From an uncultured archaeon (lineage in GTDB: Archaea > Iainarchaeota > Iainarchaeia > Iainarchaeales > GCA-2688035), in contig CAYHBD010000042.1 of assembly GCA_964354805.1 (NCBI GenBank), positions 1 through 64,000 of the forward strand: a stretch of 64,000 bases of DNA. Direction: 5' to 3'. Shown here in pieces: positions 36,975 through 45,945 of the stretch. Made by a program: the position numbers and the translations under genes. The notes below the pieces were generated by a model that saw only the letters and a list, made by a program, of their open reading frames with translations, was not told the DNA's origin and did not search any database. Position 1 is the first letter of the stretch; every line of letters starts with the position of its first letter.

Positions 36975-37664
36975 TTATTCTCTTGTTGTTTCAACTATCA
37001 GGCCTTTGTCCGATATTTTGACAGGGTGCAATAACTCGCTGTGGCCAGTGCCCCTCATTTTTACTATGCTCAAAACCCTTTCGAATGAAACGGCTTTTCT
37101 AAGCCTGCCCATAAGGATCAAGCCATCGAATAAGAAATCCTCCGGGATGAATTCAACCATTTCAAAGTCTGTCCTTCTCCTTTCGGCTGTTGCAAGCAGT
37201 GTAACATTTTCTTTTGAAAGCAAATCAATAAGGGTAAGCAGTTTTACCCTGAATTCCTTCTGGCTTTCTGTCAGGTACTCGAATGGTGTTATTGAATCAA
37301 TTGCCACTCTTGTAACATCTGCTTTTTTCACTTCGCGCAGCAATGCCTCTGGGATCATTTCATAGCCCTTGGCAATCGGGACCCTGATTAATTTTATCAA
37401 GCCGTTTTTTTCAAACTGCTCCAGGGGCATGCCGAGGTTTGCGGCAATTTCCCTGATTTTTTCAACGCTCTGCTCTGAGGTAACGAATACCCCGCTCTCT
37501 CCATAAAGCCTTGCCCCGTTGTAAATGAACTGCAGCGCCAGGATTGTTTTGCCTGCGCCAGGCTCTCCTGCAACCAGGATGCTGCTGGTTTTCCTGAATC
37601 CCTTTATTCCGATGGCTTCATCCAGGCCTGGAGTGCCGCTTTTTACAATATTCGCTTCCGGCAT
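36975..37664 (-). CDS. KaiC/RAD55-like RecA-superfamily ATPase
   Basis: KSGTPGLD, GEPGAGKT, RVAIDSI, IVKMRGT.H. Confidence 0.92.
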   Translation of the reverse strand: MPEANIVKSGTPGLDEAIGIKGFRKTSSILVAGEPGAGKTILALQFIYNGARLYGESGVFVTSEQSVEKIREIAANLGMPLEQFEKNGLIKLIRVPIAKGYEMIPEALLREVKKADVTRVAIDSITPFEYLTESQKEFRVKLLTLIDLLSKENVTLLATAERRRTDFEMVEFIPEDFLFDGLILMGRLRKAVSFERVLSIVKMRGTGHSELLHPVKISDKGLIVETTRE

Positions 37665-37707
37665 AAAAAACCATTAAATAAAATATTTAATCTTCTTTTA
37701 ATTAGTT

Positions 37708-38298
37708 ATGATTGGCGCAATTGGGCTGTTTTTGCTGGAGCGAAAGCTGCTGATGGTTGCCAAAATCGGCAAGGGCCACAGCAGTGAAATATTTGCCGTA
37801 AAAAATGGCGCAGGGCAAAAATTTGTTTTAAAGGCAGAGAAAAGCGGCAGCCAGCGCTTCCAGATGGCTGAAAGGGAAGTGGAAAACCTGCGCAAGGCAA
37901 ACAGCCTTGGCATTGGGCCAAGGCTGGTTGATTTTGATTTGGAAAAAAGGGCGATTCTAATGGAATTTGTTGAGGGCAAAACCTTTGCCCAATGGCTTTT
38001 TTCACAGCCCACGAAAAAAGAATTGCTTCTTTTTGCAAAAGAATTGGTTGAACAGGCAAAAGCGCTTGACTTAATCGGCTTGGACCATGGCCAGCTTGCT
38101 GGCGCAGGAAAAAACATTCTTGTAAGGGAGGGCAAGCCAGTGATAATTGATTTCGAGAAGGCAAGCTGCAGCAGGAAATGCCACAATCTTTCCGTGATTA
38201 AGGCATTCCTTTTCAGGAACCCGAACAGCGCCATTGCCAGAAAGGCAAAAGAAATACTGGGAAAAAAAGAAGCTGAAAAATTGCTTTCCCAAAAATAA
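37708..38298 (+). CDS. Small RIO/Bud32-like Ser/Thr protein kinase (COG2112-like)
   Basis: IGKGHSS, VLK, REVENL, ILMEFVEG, LDHGQL..KNIL, IIDFE. Confidence 0.85.
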   Translation: MIGAIGLFLLERKLLMVAKIGKGHSSEIFAVKNGAGQKFVLKAEKSGSQRFQMAEREVENLRKANSLGIGPRLVDFDLEKRAILMEFVEGKTFAQWLFSQPTKKELLLFAKELVEQAKALDLIGLDHGQLAGAGKNILVREGKPVIIDFEKASCSRKCHNLSVIKAFLFRNPNSAIARKAKEILGKKEAEKLLSQK

Positions 38299-38466
38299 TC
38301 AAAAAAAAGCGAAAATAAAGCAAAAAAGCGCTGCTTTCCAAAAAATAAAAATATTTAGAAAATAAAGAAAAAAATTACTTCCTAAATTTTCTATCCACCA
38401 AACTTTTAGAAAAAGTTTGATCAAACAGCCTTTTCTTAAAAAGAAAAGGCTGGCGAAAAGAAGACT

Positions 38467-38880
38467 TCATTTCCTGAATTTGCGGTCAACTTCGTTGATT
38501 AGTACATCGCATGCTGCTTTTATTGCCTCAAGCTGCTTTATGATGCGCTCTTTTTCCTTTTCAATGTCCTGCACTGTCTCATACAGCTCAATCGCTTCCC
38601 TCAGCATGCCGCCGTCAACATAAGCGTAAGGGTGGGAATCCATTTTCTGGGCAATCCTTTCAACCATTTTGCCAAGCCACAAATTCATTTCGTCCTTAAC
38701 CTGGCCCTTAATTTGCTTTCCCTTGCCCAAATGCTTCCTAAGCATGTTAACAATTGTTGCCCTTGGAAAAGGCAGCTTTTCTTCAGGAATTTCTTCGCCT
38801 TTTTCCTCCAATTCCTCCAACTGCTTTGTAACCTCTTTCTCCTCTTCCTTTTGTTCCAATTTCATCTCCTTCTTAGACAC
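38467..38880 (-). CDS. Histone-fold protein with acidic N-terminal tail and C-terminal coiled coil
   Basis: LPFPRATIVNMLRK...IKGQVKDEM...IAQK...YVD..LREAI resembles a histone/NF-Y fold. Confidence 0.7.
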   Translation of the reverse strand: MSKKEMKLEQKEEEKEVTKQLEELEEKGEEIPEEKLPFPRATIVNMLRKHLGKGKQIKGQVKDEMNLWLGKMVERIAQKMDSHPYAYVDGGMLREAIELYETVQDIEKEKERIIKQLEAIKAACDVLINEVDRKFRK

Positions 38881-39044
38881 AAAAACCAGCCCCTCAAATT
38901 TTCAACAGAAACCATCAAGAATATAGCAAATAATTTTGCCAGCATTCAGATTTTAAAGCATTACTGTCCAAAAAAACAAAGCCCATTTTTGCGCCCTGTG
39001 GGGCTGCAAAAAATGCACTTTGGTTATGTATAATGCATAATTGT

Positions 39045-39116
39045 GTGCGGCTCAGTTCGCCCATCTTTCTTCATTGCCGAAGCTCAGTGTCATCGTCAGA
39101 TCGCTCATTGCCGCAC
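39045..39116 (-). ncRNA. Box C/D guide sRNA
   Basis: 7-bp terminal stem GTGCGGC/GCCGCAC, degenerate C (ATGAGCGA), D' CTGA, GC-TTCG-GC spacer, C' ATGAAGA, 12-nt guide, D CTGA. Confidence 0.75.
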
Positions 39117-39236
39117 GATACAATATGCTGGAGGAAGCTTTTTAATGCAATTTTTTTGGTTTTCAAGGCAGCTGAATTGCAACGGAAAAAAACTGCTTTT
39201 CAATGCAACTTTGCTGAAAGAAGTTGGCTTGTGTTG

Positions 39237-40253
39237 TCAAAATGGTTTTTTTATTGCGCCGACTGCCAGCGCATAGTAGTAGAATTCGCCCCATAGTTCA
39301 AAGTATTTTACTGGCTTTTCCTCCAGTTCTGAATAGTTTATTATGAATTCCTTGAATGCAAGCCATTTTTGCCTGTGCTCAGCCGACTCTTTTGTTTCAA
39401 ACAGCCAGTAGAAAAACTTGTAGGCTATTTTTCCAAAATAGCAGTAGTAAAGAACCTGAATTGCAAGATATGCGATAACCACTAGCGTCAATAAGAGTGC
39501 TAACAACTGCGTTTGAATGAAAACAATGTTCTGCATGAAAAAGAATATTGCGGCAATCGGCAGGATAACCAAGATGCCGAACGCAAAAAACAGCAGCTGC
39601 AATTTTATAATTTGCCAGATTATTTCTTTTGCCAGAAATTTTTTTTCAACCGTTGAACGGTTGATTTTGCTTAAGCTGATGAAGTAAATTATCAAGAACG
39701 GCACAGCCAGCATTACCAGCAATAGCAGCAACATCGCAATTGCCACGGCAATTGTGTCTTTGATTGCGAAAAGCAGGAATGGAATTAGAATTTGGAACGG
39801 GGCTGAAACCATTGAACTGATAATTGAAAGGGCAAGGGAGGCTATGAAACCGAATGCTATAAAGCCAATGCTGCTTTTTGGCTTGAATCCAAAAGCCGAA
39901 CCGAATTTGTTTGCCGTACTTTCGATTACAAGTGTTTCATACTTTTTTACAATTTTATCCAAATCAGAAAACTGCACTTTCGCATTTTCGCCTTGCTTAT
40001 TTTTTTCAAAGAACTGCCAGAGGAAAACCTCGTTGTAGTTCAGGTCGGTGTTATTTTTTAGTTTCAGCTCAAAACCATCAGCAAAATATTGCTCCACTTC
40101 CAGTTTTCCTTTTTTTGCAAGATGCAGAATGTCGGCAATTATTCCTTTTTTCGTTACCTTGAATGTTGAAAGATATTCCGCTACCGAAGGCCTGTACGAA
40201 AAAGGCGGTTCTATATAGAAATCTTCATTTTTAAGGTTTGACGTTTCTTCCAT
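39237..40253 (-). CDS. DUF2207-like membrane protein
   Basis: PP...P...YL...IIADILHLAKKG.L, TM block, KWLAFKEFI...WGEFYYYALAVG. Confidence 0.75.
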   Translation of the reverse strand: MEETSNLKNEDFYIEPPFSYRPSVAEYLSTFKVTKKGIIADILHLAKKGKLEVEQYFADGFELKLKNNTDLNYNEVFLWQFFEKNKQGENAKVQFSDLDKIVKKYETLVIESTANKFGSAFGFKPKSSIGFIAFGFIASLALSIISSMVSAPFQILIPFLLFAIKDTIAVAIAMLLLLLVMLAVPFLIIYFISLSKINRSTVEKKFLAKEIIWQIIKLQLLFFAFGILVILPIAAIFFFMQNIVFIQTQLLALLLTLVVIAYLAIQVLYYCYFGKIAYKFFYWLFETKESAEHRQKWLAFKEFIINYSELEEKPVKYFELWGEFYYYALAVGAIKKPF

Positions 40254-40307
40254 AAAAAAAAACCATTTAAAGTCCTTATCAAACGTGCATCAATTTATAA
40301 GTGTTTT

Positions 40308-41048
40308 TTGGAATTAAATATCTTTCGGGTTGCAATGCAATGCCAAAGAGAGGGCGGTTCAGTGCTAAAAGGAAAAAAAGTCCGGCCTGAAACTCGGTTT
40401 TTTGCAGTAATAACAGGCTTGTTTGTTGCAGTGCTGCTTATTTCAAACGCTGCTTCAACAAAAATAGTTGATTTGGGGATTTTTGTTTTCGACGGCGGAA
40501 CACTGCTTTTTCCCTTATCATACATTTTCGGCGACATTTTGACAGAGGTTTACGGCTACAGGAAAGCAAGGCAGGTTATCTGGACTGGCTTCTTTTCAGC
40601 TGCGCTCATGTCTGCTGTTTTTGCAGTTGTCGGCTTTCTGCCTGCAGCAAAAGGCTGGGAAAACCAGGCAGCATATGATGCGATTCTTGGCATGGTTCCG
40701 AGGATTGTTATTGCTTCACTTATCGCGTATTTTGCAGGAGAGTTCTCAAACAGCTTTGTGCTTGCCAAAATGAAAATAATCACTAAAGGAAAAATGCTTT
40801 GGGCGAGAACAATCGGCAGCACTGTTGTAGGCGAGGGCGTTGACACAATGCTTTTTGCAACAATCGCTTTCTATGGAACGCTGCCAGCTGAAATTTTCAT
40901 TGCATTGGTTGCCTCAAACTATGTTTTCAAGGTAGGCGTTGAAGTGATTTTCACGCCCTTAACATACAAAATAGTGAATTTCCTCAAAAAAGCGGAAGGC
41001 GTTGACGTTTTCGATTTCAAAACAAACTTCAACCCATTCAAGTTATAG
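40308..41048 (+). CDS. yhhQ: Queuosine-precursor transporter (YhhQ/VUT family)
   Basis: LLISN...K...GGTLLFPLSYIFGDILTEVYG, PRIVIASLIAY, RTIGST.VGE..DT; real start probably downstream of 40308. Confidence 0.9.
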   Translation: MELNIFRVAMQCQREGGSVLKGKKVRPETRFFAVITGLFVAVLLISNAASTKIVDLGIFVFDGGTLLFPLSYIFGDILTEVYGYRKARQVIWTGFFSAALMSAVFAVVGFLPAAKGWENQAAYDAILGMVPRIVIASLIAYFAGEFSNSFVLAKMKIITKGKMLWARTIGSTVVGEGVDTMLFATIAFYGTLPAEIFIALVASNYVFKVGVEVIFTPLTYKIVNFLKKAEGVDVFDFKTNFNPFKL

Positions 41049-41169
41049 CATTGCGCCGTTTGCTGCAGCTATAAAAAACAAAAAAATTCAGGCAATTGCA
41101 ATTTTCAGCCCAGGGCTTTTGAGCTGAAAGACAGATGCAATGCCAAAAAAATTCAGGCAACTGCAATGT

Positions 41170-42114
41170 TCAGCCAAGCGCTTTTGAGCTGAAAGAGGCG
41201 ATCAGGAAAACAATATACAGCAGTATGAAAATAATGCCCTGCCTTTTGCCTATGCCCTCGTGCTTTACAAGGGAGTATACAAGAAAAGTGTTTGCAATAA
41301 CCACAAAGCATATTCCGACAGTGAACGCTGAAAGGCTTATTCTGATCGGGTTTATAACCAAAACACTTCCAAGCACAAGCGTCAGGTTCACTACACTGCT
41401 GCCTAAAATGTCGCCTATTGCCAGGGCAATCTGCCCTCTCCTTATTGCGGCAAAATCAACGGCTAGCTCAGGCAGTGTTGTGCCGAAGGAAACAAGCGTA
41501 AGACCGATTACTGCCTCGCTGAAGCCTATTGCCAAGGCAATTTCCTTGCCGCTCCCTACCACAAAATAGCTGCTTAAAACAACGATTGCAAGGGATAGAA
41601 AGAACATCAAGACAACCTTTCCTCTCTCACGCCTCGGTATCCCATCGCGCAGGTGCAGTGTAAACCTTTCTTTCATCGTGAAAAAGCAGTAAATTAAAAA
41701 CAGCAGCAGCAAAACAAGCCCTTCCCCTCTCCCGAGCGTTCCAAGGATGAGGAAAATCATTGGAACAGCGCCGATTAGCAGCAGCAGCTCTGCGCTGTCC
41801 AAAACGTGCCTCCTTTCAACATCAATCCTTCTGATAAGGGTCGCTATTCCGAGAACAAGGCAGATGTTTGCAACAGTGCTGCCCAAAGCATCGCCGATTC
41901 CAAGCTCCGGGCTGCCTGTGCCAGCCGAAATAACCGAAACAACCAGGTCAGGCATGGAAACCGTTATTGCAACCAGAATGAAGCCAATCGCAAGCTGCGA
42001 AATGCCGTAATGCTCGGATAGCTTTATGCTGTTGTTGATTACCACCCTGCTGCTTAATATAAGCACGGCGAGCGAAATGCAGAAAACCAAAATGGAGAAA
42101 AACAATGAAACCAC
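41170..42114 (-). CDS. Na+/Ca2+ antiporter (CaCA, YrbG-like)
   Basis: Alpha repeats VSMPD...GDALGSTVAN and GTTLPE...GDILGSSVVN. Confidence 0.9.
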   Translation of the reverse strand: MVSLFFSILVFCISLAVLILSSRVVINNSIKLSEHYGISQLAIGFILVAITVSMPDLVVSVISAGTGSPELGIGDALGSTVANICLVLGIATLIRRIDVERRHVLDSAELLLLIGAVPMIFLILGTLGRGEGLVLLLLFLIYCFFTMKERFTLHLRDGIPRRERGKVVLMFFLSLAIVVLSSYFVVGSGKEIALAIGFSEAVIGLTLVSFGTTLPELAVDFAAIRRGQIALAIGDILGSSVVNLTLVLGSVLVINPIRISLSAFTVGICFVVIANTFLVYSLVKHEGIGKRQGIIFILLYIVFLIASFSSKALG

Positions 42115-42307
42115 CAGGTTAGACAGCTAATTCAAACAAACAAAAAGCATAAATAATTAGCCTACCAGCGCTGGTCAAAAAAAACAATCAAAAAAATAAT
42201 TAACCAACAAAAAAAATGCCGAAAACAAAACAAAAAATAATCAAAAAAATAGAAATAAATAATTAGCTTGCCAGAAATTGGCTAAAGTGAGTCGTGAGCT
42301 CAACTGT

Positions 42308-42529
42308 TCAGGGCTGCATTGTCAGGAAGTAAACAGCTGCCTTGCTTTTTGCAACCCTTTTGACAACCTTTTTGTTTTGCAACTGCATCAGAATGTTGTT
42401 GACCATGCCTTTTGAAAAGGGGCACTTGCCTGAAATGATGTCCGCTGTCTTCGCATTGCCTTCCTCTGATGCGCCGATTTCCCGCATTGCTTCAACAACC
42501 TTCTTTTCATTGTCGTTCAATTCAACCAT
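42308..42529 (-). CDS. Small winged-helix DNA-binding protein
   Basis: 73 aa, LNDNEKKVVEAM...KTADII...KGMVNNILMQL..K.VVKR...YFL; SD GGTGA. Confidence 0.75.
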   Translation of the reverse strand: MVELNDNEKKVVEAMREIGASEEGNAKTADIISGKCPFSKGMVNNILMQLQNKKVVKRVAKSKAAVYFLTMQP

Positions 42530-42589
42530 GCGTTCTCACCATGCTAAAATTGTTTTATCAAAAATAGGTTCGCTTTCCGCACCCAGCTG

Positions 42590-42967
42590 CTATGCTTCAA
42601 TTATTTTCTTTAGGTCAACTTTCCTTATGCCAAGCTCAAGGCAGCCTGCTGCCTTGCCGCTTATCAGCTGCCCTGCCTTTGGAGTAAAGCCAGTGCTGCT
42701 GACTGAAACCCTCACGATTATTGTAAAGCCGCTTTCCTTTGTTCTCTGGATTTTTCCGCTTATTGCATCCAGTTCAAATTGCTGCTTGAAAAGAGTCCTG
42801 TTAACGCTGCCCTTCTGCTCGTGCGAAATTATCTCAAATTCCTTTATTTTCCCGCAGCCGCTTTCAATAAAACCATAGTCAATTGCCTTGTCCTTCGCCA
42901 GCTTTTCAAGCGCTGGAATTATGTCGCTTCCGTCATTCAGTTTCAGAATCAAAGTCTGTTCAGCCAA
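42590..42967 (-). CDS. PPC/DUF296 domain protein
   Basis: TTG start after GGGGGTG; ILKLNDGSDIIPALE...G.G...FELDAISG.I...AGQL.SG. Confidence 0.75.
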   Translation of the reverse strand: MAEQTLILKLNDGSDIIPALEKLAKDKAIDYGFIESGCGKIKEFEIISHEQKGSVNRTLFKQQFELDAISGKIQRTKESGFTIIVRVSVSSTGFTPKAGQLISGKAAGCLELGIRKVDLKKIIEA

Positions 42968-43167
42968 ACAAAACACCCCCACAAAGGGAACTAAACCCAT
43001 CCCCAAAATGAGGCATAGGTCAGGCATTTGCTAGTATCAGTCAAGCCGCCACAGCAAAAAGCTGCCACGCCTTAAATCTATACTGCCTGCAAGCAGTATT
43101 TAAATATTATGCAAGGCAGACTTTGCTGATTGAAGATTTAAAATCTGATGCGTTTTTCATTGTGTAA

Positions 43168-43629
43168 ATGTTCAACCAAAAAGAGCGCAGGGTTGCAATT
43201 GCCTACATGGCACTGCAGGTCGTGATTTGGGCAAAGTGCGCTTTGTTTTTTGCTTGGTTCGGCCACGGAAAATCAATGCAGTTCAGCTTGCAGGATTTTC
43301 CGGCTGACGCCATACAGTTTGATTTCTTTTTCCACAACGGAGTGCATGTTTTGATCGGAGGGCTTGCGCTGCTTTTCGGAGCGAGCTTGCAAAAAATTGA
43401 ATTGCGAAAATTGGCTGCTGTTGTGCTTGCTGCAGCAAAGCTTGCTGCAATTGTTGCAGCTGCTGTTGCACTGCACAATGTTGCATACTGGTTTACTGCA
43501 ACGCATCTTGGCATTGAATACACTTTATTCGATTTCGCAAGGGATTTTGTACTGTTGTTTGCAGCTGTGGCAGCTGGCTTTTTGCTGAAAGTGATTTGGG
43601 TGAAAATTAAATGCAAACAAAACGTTTAA
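43168..43629 (+). CDS. Hypothetical 4-TM membrane protein
   Basis: 153 aa, hydrophobic, internal duplication KLAAVVLAAA/KLAAIVAAA. Confidence 0.6.
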   Translation: MFNQKERRVAIAYMALQVVIWAKCALFFAWFGHGKSMQFSLQDFPADAIQFDFFFHNGVHVLIGGLALLFGASLQKIELRKLAAVVLAAAKLAAIVAAAVALHNVAYWFTATHLGIEYTLFDFARDFVLLFAAVAAGFLLKVIWVKIKCKQNV

Positions 43630-43658
43630 ATTTCTGAAAAACCATTCTCTTTTTCATT

Positions 43659-44339
43659 ATGCAATGCATGCTTAATTTCACTTTGCAGGAAAAGGAAAAA
43701 GTGCTTTCTTTTTTGCGGCGCTTTCCTGCAAAGGAAACAAAAACGCCTTTTGAGCTGTTCAGGTGCAGCATTGGGCAGAGCACTGTAACCTTGTACACTT
43801 CGGGCAAGCTGGTTGCGCAGGGAAATGACTGTGAGAAAGCCAAGGAAAAAATTCTGGATGCAGCAGGATTGGAGAAAGAGCTTGTGCTCGGAATTGATGA
43901 AACAGGCAGGGGCGAATCATTCGGGGCATTTGTTGTTGCAGCTGTTTTGGCTGATTCAAGCAAGATGCGGGAGCTGCGGGACAGCAAAAAGGTCAGTGAC
44001 ATTGAAGGGAAAAGGAAAATCGTTGAAAGGAATGCTTCGGCAATTGCTTTTTTTAAAATTGAAGCAAAAGAGCTGGATGAATTGAGGGCAAAAGGCATTA
44101 ATTTGAATCAAATTGAGGTGCAGGCGATTAATGCATTCGCTGATTTTTTTTGGGCATCTGATAAAAAAATAAAAATTCTGGTTGACGGCTCTCCATTGAA
44201 AGGCAGCAGAAAAGGCATTCAGTTCATTGTAAAAGGCGATGACAGGAATGCTGTCATCGGAGCAGCAAGCGTTGTTGCAAAAAGTGAGAGGGAAAGAAGC
44301 GGTAGGGAGCAGAGGCTGAGCTGGGGAAAAAGAAATTAA
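43659..44339 (+). CDS. Type 2 RNase H with N-terminal TBP-like (DUF3378, RNase HIII-type) domain
   Basis: TVTLYTSGKLVAQG; GIDETGRG, LRDSKK, VDGS, KGDD, IGAASVVAK. Confidence 0.85.
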   Translation: MQCMLNFTLQEKEKVLSFLRRFPAKETKTPFELFRCSIGQSTVTLYTSGKLVAQGNDCEKAKEKILDAAGLEKELVLGIDETGRGESFGAFVVAAVLADSSKMRELRDSKKVSDIEGKRKIVERNASAIAFFKIEAKELDELRAKGINLNQIEVQAINAFADFFWASDKKIKILVDGSPLKGSRKGIQFIVKGDDRNAVIGAASVVAKSERERSGREQRLSWGKRN

Positions 44340-44398
44340 AAGGCAAAAGCAAGGGAAAAAAAGCGGCAGGGAAAAGCATTTGCTTTGGGGAAGAAAAA

Positions 44399-45172
44399 AT
44401 GAAGAGGGCTGTTTTCTTTAAGTGCGTTTTGCGGCTGCGTGGAACCGCCTGCCTGGCTTTGTTGCTGATTGCAGCGTATTTTTTCCTCAGCAATGGCACT
44501 CTTTTTATTGAACGCAGTAGGCTGCTTTCTCTTGCATTTAGTTTACAACAGCCTTGGAACGCTGTTTTCTACATGTTTGCCCATTTGAGTTTGCAGCACC
44601 TTGCGGTTAACGTGCTTTACGTTGTTTTCTTTGCAGCAATTGTTGAGCTGACTCTAACAACTGCTGATGTTTTGCTGATTTTCTTTTTCAGCGGCATTCT
44701 GACGGCAATTGTTTTTTCTGCCTTGAATCCAGGCACTAGCTTGGTTGGAGGCAGCGGTGCCGGCGCTGCTTTGCTGAGCAGCGCATTTCTGCTGGATTTG
44801 CGGAAAACGTTTATTGCATTGATTGCAATTGTAGCGCTTTTTTTGTTTTTGCCAGGTGCAATAAATTTTTTGCAGGAACAGCAGGAGGCAGCAATGGCTG
44901 CTAAAACAACTGAATTGCAGCGCACCCTGCAACAAGCTGTGCAGGAAGGGAAAAGCGAAGAGGCAGCGCAAATTGCTGCTGCTAAACTGGTTGCTGAAAA
45001 GGAATTGAGTGAATTCAAGGAAAGCAAGCAATTGGCTTTTAAAACAAAAACAGATTTATCTGTGCATGCCTTTGCTGCGGCAATCGGTGTTTGCTATGTC
45101 CTGTTGTTTAGGAGAAAAAAATTTATTGACAATGCAAAGCAATTGAATGCATTGCTTAAAAGAAAGAAATAG
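44399..45172 (+). CDS. Rhomboid-family intramembrane serine protease with a coiled-coil insertion
   Basis: YMFAHLSLQHLAVN, GGSG (catalytic Ser), SVHAFAAAIG (catalytic His). Confidence 0.8.
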   Translation: MKRAVFFKCVLRLRGTACLALLLIAAYFFLSNGTLFIERSRLLSLAFSLQQPWNAVFYMFAHLSLQHLAVNVLYVVFFAAIVELTLTTADVLLIFFFSGILTAIVFSALNPGTSLVGGSGAGAALLSSAFLLDLRKTFIALIAIVALFLFLPGAINFLQEQQEAAMAAKTTELQRTLQQAVQEGKSEEAAQIAAAKLVAEKELSEFKESKQLAFKTKTDLSVHAFAAAIGVCYVLLFRRKKFIDNAKQLNALLKRKK

Positions 45173-45252
45173 CCTACCTCTGCCACTTTGATAAAAAAAG
45201 TTTTGTAATCGACCAAGTTGCTTCATCCAGCGAAAGCAGAAAATTAGCAACC

Positions 45253-45798
45253 CTACCTGCTTCCGTGGTAAACGATTGCGTGAGCCCGCTTTTCATCAGC
45301 AGCACTTAATTCAGTTTCTTCTTCATTTTCTTCTGGCAGCTCGTTTCCCTTTAATGCGGTCAACTGCTGTTTCAATGCTGCTATTTCAAGCGATGTGTTT
45401 TGCCTGAATTCCTCCAGGCCGCTCAGCTTTTGCTCAAGGTTTGCCCCGTTCAGTTTGTATGAAACAAATTTTGCGCCATTCATTTTTAGCAGAAGGCTTT
45501 CAAGCCTGTCAACCCTCTTGTTAAGCATCCTGGCTCTTTCCCTTTCAGCCATTTGCCGGAAATCGGGCTGTTCGGCTGAAACAAAAGCAGGCCTTATTTT
45601 GCCCTGCTGCAGCAATTGCTTGCTTGCGGCAATGTTTTTGTTGTTCTGCATTTGCTGCAAAAGCGCCCTGCTGTTTTCTTTGCCGCCAATTTCCCTCAGC
45701 AAAGCCTCTTCAATCTTTTTTGGCTTTGCAATGCTCAAAAAAATGTTGCCCAGGATAAGGGCTACAATCAGTATGCTCAGGAAAATTGTTACAAGCAT
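45253..45798 (-). CDS. Hypothetical protein: N-terminal TM plus coiled coil
   Basis: 181 aa, SD-like GGTG upstream, heptad-rich. Confidence 0.7.
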   Translation of the reverse strand: MLVTIFLSILIVALILGNIFLSIAKPKKIEEALLREIGGKENSRALLQQMQNNKNIAASKQLLQQGKIRPAFVSAEQPDFRQMAERERARMLNKRVDRLESLLLKMNGAKFVSYKLNGANLEQKLSGLEEFRQNTSLEIAALKQQLTALKGNELPEENEEETELSAADEKRAHAIVYHGSR

Positions 45799-45945
45799 TC
45801 AGCACCAACCTGAATAGATTAGGGCAAAATTTGTTTTTTAATTCTTTTGCTGGCATGCTAACCAAAGCAAAAAATTATTAAAGAGTATCCTTGAAAATTC
45901 AGTAGAGAGACTGTTTAGACATTAGAGTATTAAATGTGAAAAAAG

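Noticed and set aside
36975-38298. Circadian Kai system
   Set aside because: Single-domain KaiC-like ATPases are common in archaea, and no KaiA or KaiB is present
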